The notes beneath the pieces are model-generated. The model saw nothing but the letters and a program-made list of their open reading frames with translations. It was not told the origin of the DNA and did not search any database. A DNA stretch of 60,152 nucleotides, filler included, from Sphacelaria rigidula (lineage: Eukaryota), in NCBI GenBank assembly GCA_964200075.2. It is 10 parts of 10 records of this genome, joined end to end, with 100 filler letters (N's around TTAATTAATTAA, not from the genome) between each part and the next. Parts side by side here need not be neighbours in the genome. Positions count along the whole stretch, not along the records: positions 6,027 to 11,952 come from CAXNAA020023439.1; positions 12,053 to 17,978 come from CAXNAA020023440.1; positions 18,079 to 24,003 come from CAXNAA020023441.1; 7 more parts are not named here. One strand, given 5' to 3'. Of the stretch, positions 11,808-23,524 are shown in pieces. Both the position numbers and the translations under genes were made by a program. The first letter of the stretch is position 1; each line of letters starts with the position of its first letter.

Positions 11808-11952
11808 TACTTAGTGTTTGGATGGTGAGATACCCATGAGGCAGTGCGTAGGCCGCGGCTGTCTCTGAAAGTGGCGATACCAGAAAAGGAAGCAATTCAT
11901 TGGAGGTTGTCATCCAAATGCAAGATAATCAGTACGCTTCGGGCCGAACAAT
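11808..11952 (+). mobile_element. 5'/middle part of the poly(C)-ended SINE-like element, cut by the contig end
   Basis: CCCATGAGGCAGTG...GGCTGTCTC...AGTGGCGATACCAGAAAA...TTGGAGGTTGTCATCCAAATGCAAGATAATCAGTACGCTTCGGGCCGAACAAT aligns by eye to 45285-45402. Confidence 0.8.
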
Positions 11953-14479
11953 NNNNNNNNNNNNNNNNNNNNNNNNNNNNNNNNNNNNNNNNNNNNTTAA
12001 TTAATTAANNNNNNNNNNNNNNNNNNNNNNNNNNNNNNNNNNNNNNNNNNNNTGGCACAACTGAGTCGAGTCGACAGTAGTTGATTTCCGCCATTCTGGG
12101 ACAACGCCGCCCCCTCGATTTCCTTGTCATGGTGTATGTATTTTTTTTTTCCCGTCAAGGGTACTACTACAACTTTTCCTTCTTGTCTTCGAGGTTTCTT
12201 TAGGCGACGCGAGGACTGTAGATTTTGTCCAGCCTCCGGCATGTTTGGAATTTTTATGATTCGTTCTCTGGATGTGTTTGTTGTTGTCACTGCTCAACCC
12301 CCTGCTGCCAGCCAAGAGAGCTCGCCGCACGGGAGTTCTCCCTTACATCGTCTTCTTGAACGGGTCCTTGGTTACACCGTGCACTGCTGTTTATACCGCC
12401 CTAGTTGTAGGCCGTATTCATGCCCGACGACTGTTTTAGGTCGAGGTGAGTAACTGCATTTCCACAAGTCATCTGGATGTATTCGTTGTTTGTTCTACCC
12501 CTATCCCGTTGCGCAGTCTGGTCAGCTAGCGACACGGGTGTGTTCTCTTGTGTCGTTCCGTTGCGCGTGGTCCAGTGTTCCACCGGAAATGACCACTTAT
12601 ACCGCCCTAGTTGTAGGCCGTATTTTCGCCGGACGATTGCTTTGAGTTGGGTATTGCGTTCTGACGAATTGTTCTTTTTTTTTTTAATTGGCACTACGTT
12701 TTCGCTCATATCACGTGATAGTTGATCCGCCGCGCTGGACGACAAGTTCTCCCCAGCGACCTTTGGCTCCTTATCATGAGTATCGTCTTGGATGGACTAG
12801 TGCCCACCCCCGCAGAGGTTTTGAATTCGCACTTCGGGCACACCTAACCTGAACATCGGCTGCATCCCGGCTCTAATCTCCCTGTTGCTGCGTAGCCCCC
12901 CCCCCCCCCCCCCCCCTTGACGCTAACCCCGCCCCCCTTCCCCATGGAGGGATTCTGCTTCAAACGCCCTGCCAAGGAAACGGGCGGGGTGCCACTCTTG
13001 CTATACGCGACGGATGTGTCGGGACGGAGTCGAACAAAGACGTGGAGCTCTAGACTAATGCCGAGATAGCACCCCCACAAAAAGTGCACCAGATACCATC
13101 CGACAAACCGGCTGCGATTCCACTGTTGCGCTCGTTTGCAGCAATTTCGCCCGCATGAGAGGCGTGTAGCAGTCCGAATTCAGCAATAACGCCCAAATGA
13201 ATCGCGTCGTGCAGCACGAAACCAACCCAAACAGCATTTATGACCATCGCCTCCGTGCACTTTTTTGGCCGGTTTGGGGGGGGGCTATCTCCGCAGCAGT
13301 CTCCCTTGGATCTACGTCCGACCAGAGCAGTCGCCGCGATGCTATGCCGCAACTGCGTTTTCCCTACCCTTTCCCCGACTTGTCTGGCATTACGTCCTTG
13401 TTCCGTTGGTAGATGGAGTCTACACGTGCGTACCATTTAGTGCTTTACCTTGTAGGTGAACGTGTGTGTTGTCTTGTCCAACATAGGTGCGTGAGTGTCA
13501 CGTAGATACAACGTTTTCCTTTTCGTGGATTGAACGTTTGATGCTGTGTCGGATCGCAGCGATGCACGCCTCTTAGAGGTGTGGGAGAGAGATTATTTTT
13601 TCTTCGCTTCATGCTTTTGTACGAGTGTAGTGTAGAAGAGCATTTTCTCGTTGAATTACGAAATTCCTCAGCGTAATTACATTGTGCCGAGGTGATGTAA
13701 TTCATCTGCATAAGGACTCGTCTAGGATGGGCTAGTGTGATGAAGCTCAGAGGCGTTGCAAGATATACACTGTGCGCGTCTGCTCGTAGACCCTGGATTC
13801 CGTGACGCGTTGTTATCGCGTCTGCTACTGTCATTACTTAGGGTTGTTCAGCCGCGGCGGTAGGCCGCGTCGCCCTATCTAATCACTTACCGGCTTGCCT
13901 TGGTCTCTACCCTGGGCCATCACTACGCTCTGCTCCTATGGCTGCGCCCCGGCTATGCTGAGTAAGAGAGGCTTGTAGATAAAGCATGATGCTAAGCAAA
14001 CACGTGAGTTCCTTATCAAGAGTTTGAACATGGATGAACCTACTTTGTGATAGTCATGGAAGGATAGCTAGGTCTGTGTGAAGTTGCCCACGTGGGAGCT
14101 TGGTGGGTTGGCACCATGGTATCTCCTGGTACTCATACTGAGAGACCCCAGCCAGTGCATTAGCAACACTATCCATATGACAACACGTGTTCCTTCGATG
14201 ATCCTGGGACGCATCATATCATTATTTTTTCTTTTGAGTCATTCTGTATTGCCTTTCGTTTCTTTTTGTACGGGTACCCCCGGAAGCCGGTAGAGAGCGT
14301 AGAAACTTTAAACCCTTGCCAAGAACACAATTTTTCCATTCGGAACATCAATATCTACGGAACTGCCAAGTTTGAGGGCGCTGATTGGTCGAGACATATT
14401 TTTGCCCACAGCGCCACCGCTATAGACTCAAAAAAGAATCCGGCTATGTCACCCTCTTTGTCTGTTCATTGCGGTCAAT

Positions 14480-15400
14480 ATGATACCATGTATGCGACTA
14501 TTGGGTGCGTATTGCAGAAGACATTTGCTGATGACATAATTTGGGGGGTTTTCCGTGAACCAGCCTGTAGGTCGACAAGTTTCTCCATTCCCTTCCGTGA
14601 ACCAGCCTGTAGGTCACACTGTTCGAGATCAATGACGTTTTGAGCCGGCATTGCTGACGGATAAAACACGAAAGCCGTTGTCAAAGATAAATATCTGTCG
14701 CTTAAGAAAACAGGTGGATCGCATGGCACAGATCGTGATCATACCCTCTACACAGGCAACAAAGGTTCGAGTAAAGGGATAGGAATGAGTCGCAAAACTC
14801 GTCGGCAGCACGTAGTAATAGCAATATTCAGGATAACGACGGTACAACTGGTGATACTGGCGGCAGTAGTCCAACTAACACACAGAAAACTGGAGGGAAG
14901 AATCTTACGTGTTTCGAGTGTGGTAAGACCGGTCATTTAAAATCTGAGTGCCCTGAGCGTGTTTGTGAGGTGTGCGCCGGTAAGGGACACTCTAAGGGGT
15001 TTCACAGGATGGTCGCGATGTGTGTGTCTAGCAGTTTCAAAGATTTTGTAGATGTTGGGTTCGTTGCGATGGAGACTCAGACTAGTGAACACCCGTCTGC
15101 AGGTGATAGTGTGCAACATGACCATCCGATTCTAGATGACGGGGGCAGGGAGGTTTGGATAGCAGATAGCGAAGCAACGTGCCACATGACTTCGTCTCAG
15201 CAGAAGAACATGTATGACTACGAGCCTTGCACTGATGCATCGGCCACTGTACTGTAGGAAGCAGCCATAAAGTACCGATAGCAGGTGTTGTCAAATTGTT
15301 GGTATCAACGGTTGGTGATGATCAGCTGACTTTCAGTATCAACAGGGTGGCGCATGTCCCTGACCTAGACGTGGATTTGTTGTTCATGCAAAGTGTGGCC
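14480..15400 (+). mobile_element. Degenerate Ty1/copia LTR retrotransposon gag-protease fragment
   Basis: Zinc knuckle CFECGKTGHLKSEC (CX2CX4HX4C, about 14910-14951) and a second partial knuckle CEVCAGKGH. Copia-type protease motif EVWIADSEATCHMT (cf. WIxDSGAxxHM) and later RVAHVPDLDVDLL. In-frame stops are present. Boundaries are approximate. Confidence 0.82.
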
Positions 15401-15481
15401 GTGGAACATGATTTACCGATTAGTGTGCCGAAGGGAGGGGACTGTTATGGGTCGGAATGATGGGCCTTACGGCAGAATCTC

Positions 15482-16961
15482 CAGGGATATACACGTTACA
15501 CTCACACGTTCACGTTACGTTCATGACGTAAACAAAGACTTACGTTACGTTACGTATATCACGCAAAACAAATTACGTTACGTTGACGTTATATAGCGGC
15601 CGCATGAATGGCCCACTTCCGCCCTTCCGCATCATCTCTAGCCAGGTCGATAGGTGTCTCTGTTCCCCCGTTCGCCTCCACGCAGTTAGGATTACTGCGT
15701 AGTGAACTCTTATCGAGCGTGACCGTACTTCCTCAAAATCTGCACACGCACACACCCAGGCATGTGCACACTTGTTCTATAGATAGTATAGTACAGAACA
15801 CTGCTACAGAACACAGTATACAGAACTGTCTACAGACAACAGTGCAACAGTACAACTCTCAGCTGTCACAACTTGAACAAGTGCTGTACCACACACCGAC
15901 ATGTGCAGGACTTGTGAATGACTAGCGGGCGCCGAGGTGCACTGCCTGTGCGCCCAACGCTGTGGACTGTGCCGGGTTCGTACCCGGAAGCTGTGTTGAC
16001 ACTGCTGTCGCGTATTCATCGGTACGGGGATAGCACAAACAGCTATAGTCATGCTACGATAGGACGGGGGGTATTTTGGGCCATTGCTTTCACGAAATTC
16101 AAGTTCGAATCATCGCCGTAAGAAGCAACGATCGTCCGAACGCGCGAGTTGCCCATGAATAACGCCCATTCATACTGCTTGACGCCGTTTTCTACCCAAA
16201 TACAAGCGCACGGCGACTGTGTCAGGTTGTCCGAAACATATATGAGTCTTTTTTTCCTGGAGTCAAATACCTAACCTATCGTAGCACGGCTCTGTACATG
16301 CTATTCCGCGCCGTACGGGTAGCACCGCATGGGTGGACGCAGAGTACAAACGCAGAACAGCACGACGCGACTTTTACCTCTTCAACTAATGACACCGACC
16401 ACGTGACATTCGGAACAGAAAATACAAAACCCTGAAAAGTTGGCCACGGTCCACACCTACGTGGTGAAAGAAAATGAAAAGAAATCTGGGGTTGAAGCGT
16501 AAACGATAAAGTGGTTTCTCGCTTATCCCTGAGTTCTGTTCTTTTTCTTCCGAAACTCTTTTTACCAGTGTTTAAGGCGTTGTAACGTGTCGTGTAACGC
16601 GTGACGTCACCGTGTACGTGACGCTGAAGCACAATCTTCTGCGGTTTTAAAATTCATCGCAAACTTGAAGTGTCACCGCTTCATGTAGCGTGTTTATGAC
16701 GTTTCATGTAACGTGTGATAGACGTTACACGTTACATGAAACGTTTCATATAACGTGTTTTGAACGTTCAGGCAATTTGAGGTTCACGTTACGTTACGTA
16801 TGTCACTTAGAAAAAAAAAAGCGCTACGTAAACGATTCATTTGAAAATTTAACCTTACGTTCACGTCACGTTCATCGCGACAAAGTCTTTTCACGTTCAC
16901 GTTACGTTTCGGTCATAACGTAACGTGTAACGCTGTGGCACGTGTAACGTATACATCCCTG
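15482..16961. mobile_element. Non-autonomous hAT-like element with ACGT-rich subterminal repeats
   Basis: TIRs CAGGGATATACACGTTACAC ... GTGTAACGTATACATCCCTG. Dense CACGTT/TTACGT/TAACGT motifs at 15490-15590 and 16580-16950. No clean TSD. Confidence 0.75.
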
Positions 16962-18978
16962 AAAAAATCCCCCCAACAAAAGAAATAATAATAAACGCGG
17001 AGGAATAATAAACACGTCAGTAGGTGGTCGTACCTGTGCCGAGGTCCTCACCAACAGAACACACGCTTCATCACTTATTAGCTTGGTTTAGTTTGGGACA
17101 GCTATAGTACTTGAGACTGCGCGATTCTCGACACTGGAAGCAAGCCGACCCAAAGCACTTCACAGCCCCCTGCATACACACAACAGCTTGGGAACCTGGT
17201 CACACATTTTGCTCAAGTCGCGACAGCGGACCGGAAAAGCCCCCCAGAAGCCGAAAGCACCTTATTTTTTTTAATATTTGGGATTGTTTTGCGGCCTAGA
17301 ATCACGCACAAACGCAATAAAGTAACGTGAGGACCTAGCTTGGGTGTGTAGGAAGCGCACGCAAGGAACCGCAGTCCAATCCTCCGCTTCGTCGCTGAGA
17401 TCTAAGCGTTGCGCGATCAGCACAACAACATACTGCAACACGAGGGCCACAACAACAATACGAGCAGCAGTTTCTATCCTCTTGTTGTTGTGACCCTGTG
17501 TACAGGTGTACAGAAACGTCAGCCACAGGCTTGTCGTAGAATGTAATAGAATATTAGTACATTTTGTATAAGCGTGGTCGTCGTTTGGAGGTGACGTGTG
17601 TATTTTTGATATTATTCGCCCGATTACTATCCAGTTCTTACGCATACAGTGGTCGCGGCGACCTTTCCCGAAATATTGTACGCCCCAAATCGGCCCCCAT
17701 TCCGACCCATAAGTGTGAATGCTTTACGTGATGGAAGGGGAAGTGTTTTTCAAGAAGGAAGAAATAATATCATGATTTTCACACGACTTCCCCCCTCTCA
17801 AGCTTGCAACCAGGGGGTTCGTTTTCGAGGCGGGGTGGGGAAATCTCGCAGGATGTAGAGAGCGGGGAGGGCGATGTCGAGGACTCTGAGTCAGAGGAGT
17901 CGGGCCTCGGAGGGGGGGGGGGGGGGGGGGCGGGGGTGGGGTTGGGTACGGGGGGGGGGGGGGGGGGGGGGAGATGGGNNNNNNNNNNNNNNNNNNNNNN
18001 NNNNNNNNNNNNNNNNNNNNNNTTAATTAATTAANNNNNNNNNNNNNNNNNNNNNNNNNNNNNNNNNNNNNNNNNNNNGATTTGAGCACGGTTTGCTTAT
18101 TTTGCCAAAACTATCGACGCTAGCACTTTCGAGTGCTCATGGAAAATGTTATGCGAAAAAAATAGGGTTGGCAGAAAATGCTAGACTGAGGTCTGTGCAG
18201 GCAGTATAGGGGGGAAACACGATCTCGATCGTTATCGTGAAGACTTTCATACGTATTGATTTATCAGAGTATTTACCGTCTCGTCGCTCAAGAGCGGGAA
18301 AACTGCTTATATTGGACCAAAAACGGTCAATTACACCCTCCTGATAAACGGGGTATCAAGTCCGTATCGCCCCAAAAACACCAACTTGAGCCCTGAAGTT
18401 TGAGCGCGGCCTACGCTTCCTCCCTAAATCTACCGGCGCTAGCACTTTCAAGTAGAAGTGAACATTGGTACTCCAGAAAAACTCAAAAAGTAAAACGACT
18501 ACGAATTCTGAAAACTTCTGATGCTGACTACTATACCGCATGGTTCAGACGAATTATTGCCGTTTCGAAATCAATCACCAAGTCTACGATTTTTCAGGCG
18601 CGATTGCTCGAACGAGAGAACAAATGACTGCTGGCCAAAACGATATCCATGCAATTTTTGCACCATTCTACGTCCCTGGGCCGTGCGTCCCTGTGTTACA
18701 ATGCTGAAAACAAAGCTTAGAGATTGATTCGTGCGGTAGGAATCAATGATAATCAAGTCAAGTCATTTCCAGACGAATCATGAATTCGTCAGACTCTCAA
18801 GTAACTGATATGTAGGAAATACCCTACCCAAAACACTCCTTGCCGATGCACGAATGGCTCCTGCGTGCAAACCATGGGTTTACCCCTGGTTTGTGGGAGT
18901 CCGGTCCCGAAAGAAGGGTTGAGCTGAACCAGCGCTAGACAACTAGATCATTGTCACAAAGTCGGCGGTAGCACGTAC

Positions 18979-19333
18979 CAGTGTTGAAAATCTACCGGAA
19001 TAAAATGATTCGATCAATATATATTTTACCAAATATCGACGAAAACATGTCGATATCGATGCTTTTATCGATACTCGGAAAAAGGCCAAACCACCGGTTT
19101 TCTGGGTTTTTCGTTTTTTTTCACTGTTTTTGAAGGGTCACTTTTGCGAGAAAAGGGACGGACCGATGATGCAAATGCACCACCTCCTCCCCTTTCTAGC
19201 AGGCCGGGCCCCCTAGAGCCACGCCAGTTTGCGTGTCAAAAGTATCGGCTTACCAGCTCACGATTCCGATACTGGGAAATTGTCGAAAATCAAGATCGAT
19301 ACTCGATAATTCTATACACGATTTTCAACACTG
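18979..19333. mobile_element. hAT-type MITE, family B
   Basis: Perfect 14-bp TIRs CAGTGTTGAAAATC ... GATTTTCAACACTG. 8-bp TSD GCACGTAC/ACACGTAC (7/8 match). ATCGAT-like subterminal motifs. Confidence 0.88.
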
Positions 19334-19783
19334 ACACGTACTCAATATAATCGGAGGTATATAGCGCTACCGAAAACAAGGAGGAAAAAAAAGACAAAGT
19401 AAAACAAAACAAAAATGAGGAAAAAGAGAAAAAGCAGTCACACACACAGACACACAGTCCTCGTACCCTCCTTCTTCAGCAAGTGAATGGCATTTCTGAC
19501 CAGTTCCAGGTCTTGAGAGTGATCACTCGGGCTTGGTGTTGCCAAAGGTATAGCGGGGCGTGGCTCTCTACCGAGACTAATTTCTGGATGCATACGTTCT
19601 TGCTAACAAGCAGACCAGACGGTCGGTGCCCTACACTCCCCGTCCTGAAATTAGGATGACTTTTTCGTGCGGTTTCGCTGCAATTGATGGACGTACACAC
19701 CCTCCGTACAGATAAGAGAACGACTGTTGCGGGGGGTTAAAAGAAGGGGTTGCATGATAGGTAGCATCGGAGGAATGCTACGA

Positions 19784-19889
19784 TGGGGGGGGGGGGCGTA
19801 CTCATTTGTTGCTTGCCTTGTGGGTTTGACCATTGACCACGCATCCCTTTCGAGACGGAGCACCGTTCCTACTCCTAATAGAGACATCG
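19784..19889 (-). mobile_element. LINE 3'-terminal fragment ending in poly(C)
   Basis: Minus strand encodes ...VSIRSRNGAPSRKGCVVNGQTHKASNK*, followed by GTACG and a C-run. Same sequence at 23525-23640, 36532-36718 and 53096-53254. Confidence 0.8.
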
Positions 19890-19923
19890 CGAGGTTGACG
19901 ACCCCAACTGCCTCTAGCGTGGG

Positions 19924-20130
19924 CAGAACGCGTTTTCGTCAAAATCGGCGCCTGCGGCGCCATTTTGAGGTCTGTCAACGCCACACTTTCCTAGGGACCG
20001 CTTCACACCCCCCTCGCCCGAGGGTTCTCGGTATGCCTTGGGTTAGCGTTAGGGTTAGGGTTAGGGCTAGGGCTAGCGTTAATAAAAAAAGATGTTTCCG
20101 AGAAATTTCGTCATCGACCAAGTGGTGAAC
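19924..20130 (+). mobile_element. TIR element with internal telomere-like (TTAGGG)n, left end missing
   Basis: About 115 bp of homology to 23056-23172, then GGGTTAGCGTTAGGGTTAGGGTTAGGGCTAGGG, then continued similarity (TTCC..GA.ATTTC..CATCGAC). Confidence 0.72.
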
Positions 20131-20181
20131 ACACCTGACAGTACATCAGAAGCAACAGAGGTACCAGTCCGCAAATCTGAC

Positions 20182-20580
20182 GAGGGTCGGGCGAATCATC
20201 GCTGGTTCGAATAATTAAATCTACCATTTCTGAGGCGTGATTAATCGAAACAGGGAATTAATTATGTTGACCGCGGGACATAACGTTCATCACGCAATTT
20301 TTGCGCGATTCTACGCACCGGGGGGGGGGGGGGGGGGAAAACGGGAATGCGGCCCCGAGAAGAAAAAACGAGGAGTGATGGGTAGGNNNNNNNNNNGATC
20401 TCGCTCCCTCCAAGCATGGAGCATCGGCCGGAGGGGGTGGGCGGGCGCGGGCGGGTGAGGAGCGGGAACAAAACCTGGATTGCAGCGCCGAAAAGAAACG
20501 TCGAGGATTGATTCGTACGGTACGAATCAATTACATTAAAAAGTGGGCAATTTTCATAGGAATTATTCGTCCGCCCCTTC
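20182..20580. mobile_element. TIR element family C carrying a subterminal palindrome (partial copies at 18645-18800, 21080-21238, 23846-24003, 60017-60152)
   Basis: Inverted ends AGGGTCGGGCGAAT ... ATTCGTCCGCCCCT. Perfect palindrome ATTGATTCGTAC-G-GTACGAATCAAT at 20507-20531. The copies at 23846 and 60017 share an identical stretch of about 50 bp. Confidence 0.7.
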
Positions 20581-20681
20581 GAAATCTTCTGTGATGGTCA
20601 TTCCCCACGAAGTTGCACGGGTTGCGCACAAATGATCGCTAATTCGAATCCCCAAATCCAACATTTCTAGGGCCTGATTGA

Positions 20682-21018
20682 TGGAGCTCGGAAAATGGTT
20701 TGTCTAACGATAACCAGTGGAATGGTACATAATGGTGCGGTCATAGAGCAGCGGAGCTGGGAGTCAAAAAGCTCTCCCGGTAAAGGGGGCCCCGCCGGAG
20801 GCGCCGTGCCGGAGGCACCTTTTTACACCATTTGGCTTCAATGGAGCTACAAAATACGTTAAATTTGGATCAACTTTCAAGGGTTGTATGTAGCATACGC
20901 AGCCGGTAACGCTACATTATGGTTCAACACCATTCTCCGAATTTTTTATACAACCATTACAATTATTACCATTATAATGATAATGGCCAGTAATAACTGG
21001 TACCATTTCCGAGCTCTA
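20682..21018 (-). mobile_element. hAT-type MITE, family A, copy 2
   Basis: Reverse-oriented homologue of 4025-4400 with the same TIRs. TSD CTGATTGA/GTGATTGA (7/8 match). Confidence 0.9.
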
Positions 21019-22954
21019 GTGATTGACTGAAAGAGAGAAAAGAGTTGACCGCCGGACAGAAAAGGCTTGATTCAAACTATGCGTCCCTCAACGTGCCTGG
21101 GGTGCGCGTACCTGGGGTTCAACACTGAAAACAAAGCCCGAGGAAGGATTAATTGATTCGTACGGTAAGGAACGGATCGATTTCACGCAAAACAGGTAAT
21201 TTTCAGACGAATCATTCATTACTCGTCCTACCCCTGCATAGTTGGAAGCTGCAGTTTTCCCCCATCTGATCTACCTCCTCTGCTTGCTTTGTCTCTGCTA
21301 GGCTCCGTCTTATCGAGACGGAATTCATGAGGATGAGATCATGATACGACGAGGCCCCGTCATTGTCGAAAAGAAATTAAATTTTAAAAAAAAAAGAGAA
21401 AAAATTGTGAGAATGATGAAACGACACTGACGAAGAGCCCACGTATCGCAACCGTTTTGAAGTTCCCTTCTGTCATCACATTGGATTATTCCTCCTGTTC
21501 TCAGACCGTGTCTTCGCAAAAAAAAAATCGATTAAAAAAAAAGTTCTGTGAAGAACAAAAGTTCCGATCAGATCGGTCATGATTTCTTGACATAAATGAC
21601 GCTAGATGAAAACACCACCAATTTGAGATAGGAATTTTCCGTTTCCACCCCATATTCCCAATCGAAAAATTATGTGCGCAGACACGCCCTCACAGAAATT
21701 ATTTCAAGAATGATCAACTCTAATGAGGAAGAGAATGCGAAAGGGAATGTAAGAATAGCTGCCACACGCGGTCTGTCGGTGATCATTGTCATCATCATTC
21801 TCACAATTTCATTCATCATTTCTTCGTCTCGACAAGACTGAGCCTAATGTTCTCGCCGACGTCAAAAATCAGCTCATTATGCCGAACAATGAGAAACCAT
21901 TTGAATGCCACCTCTCCAAAAGCAAGAAAAGACCAGACCACCTTCACCCTCATGGATAAGTACAGACGCAACACTTCAACACTTGACGCTATTAAAGCGC
22001 GCTTTGCTCCTCGAAATATTTTGTGGGGGTGATAACCTTTGTAGAGAAAGTATAGTAGCACCTCTAGCATGAGAAGTACAGTAGCAGGTGGATATCAGGT
22101 TGGATGTTGTGACAATGGGTTGAAGGATGGTTATTGAATGCGGAACACATTGTGTTTGCGGGGGAGCAAAACAGGGGTCACTCCTGGTTCAACGAAGACA
22201 GCTGTTTGTGTAACTGCTTGAGTTCAAGTCTCTGGAGCAGCACTGTGACCTTGTTCGGATTCCAGACAAGTCTATTCAGGAAGCCGCACCGCGCGTTACC
22301 AGCTAAGAAGTCAACGTATCTCACCCTGGACAATGACAATATATGGTCAACAGTCGCAATAGACAAAGAATATACGACGTGAAGTATAGGCCTATTGCAG
22401 CTTTCATCGGCTGACGGACACACACTTGCAATAGGCTTATACATAACGTAGTGTATTATGTATGTTGCGACCCTTATATTGACCATATGCATCACGTATA
22501 AATTGGTGCTGTACTCAAGTTCCGTGTGTGCCCCTTGTCAAGGCTGCCGTGATGAACGATTGCTGACGAAACTTCCCCCAAATTTTGCCGTACCGTTCTA
22601 GCCTTTCAACAAGAACTAAGAAATAATGTTAGTAAAATTCAAGTATAATAGAAACCAATGTTCAAAACTTCAACCGTGTACACTTACACACCGAAGCCGA
22701 TGGGAGAGAGGGTATACTCCACACTCTGGATAATTGACAATAGATTACTTCATCAGAAAAGGTAACTGGGTACAGTATGGAAATGTCTATTGCAATAGAC
22801 GCAATAGTCAATACAGTACGCAGTACACCTTTTGTCAATGTAGTCCAATGTCCAGGGTGTGGTGTACTCATCATTTCGCATGCCGTAGCCACAAAAGAGC
22901 AATGAACTCGCATCCCTAAAAAGCCGGGTTGGCGCACAGTAGACCTAGAAAAAA

Positions 22955-23247
22955 GTTCGTACACAATTGTTGACAGGCATGACTACTTGATTTTGGAATA
23001 AAAGTTCTAGGAAAATGTATGGTTTGGAGGAGGTCAGCAGTGGAACCAGCTCGTCCAGAACGTGCTTTTGTCGAAATCGGCGCCTGCGGCGTCGATTTGA
23101 GGTCTGCCAACGCACACTTTGCCTAGGGAAATCTACGCACCCTCCTTGCCCGAGGGTCTCGTGCGCCTTGGGCCGGGGTTAGGGTTATAGGGTTAGTGTT
23201 AGTTTGTAATATTCCATGATATTTCCCATCGACGATTGTGTACGAAC
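22955..23247 (+). mobile_element. TIR element with internal telomere-like repeats, most complete copy
   Basis: TIRs GTTCGTACACAATTGTTGA ... TCGACGATTGTGTACGAAC. Internal hairpin CCCGAGG-loop-CCTTGGG, followed by GGGTTAGGGTTATAGGGTTAG. Confidence 0.78.
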
Positions 23248-23262
23248 ATTTCTTTGGGGCCC

Positions 23263-23518
23263 CTCGCGGAGCACGCCGGATTTCTGCCGGACCAGACTCG
23301 CCGTCAGCATGCGCGAAGCGCCGTCGCGTGTTCGGCGAGTCGCATGAAGGTTGAGCTGCACCGTACCTAGGTTGTTCGGCCCGAAGCGTACTGATTTACC
23401 TTGCATATGGATGACAACCCCGAATGAGTTGCTTCATTGTCTGGTATCGCCACTTCCCGAAACAGCCACGGATTACACACTGCCTCATGGTTGTCTCACC
23501 ATTCGAACACCAGGTAGG
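23263..23518 (-). mobile_element. Poly(C)-ended SINE-like element abutting the C-tail of a LINE fragment
   Basis: The reverse complement aligns to 11808-11952 and 45285-45510. Its 5' end directly follows the LINE poly(C) tail at about 23520-23540. Confidence 0.78.
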
Positions 23519-23524
23519 AGGGTT

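Noticed and set aside
12391..12624. 28-bp direct repeat (12391 and 12597) as LTR termini
   Set aside because: The copies are too short and too close, with no TG...CA ends, PBS or PPT found.
17852..17978. Acidic exon candidate DVESGEGDVEDSESEESGLGGG
   Set aside because: There is a plausible CAG acceptor, but the sequence runs into G homopolymers and the contig end, with no donor, partner exon or recognisable homology.
20040..20081. True telomere or healed chromosome end
   Set aside because: The tract is short and degenerate, and element homology continues on both sides, so it is internal to a TIR element.
22125..22215. Pre-SET/AWS-like motif (MVIECGTHCVCGG...VQRR)
   Set aside because: It is bounded by in-frame stops and no SET motifs follow in any frame.
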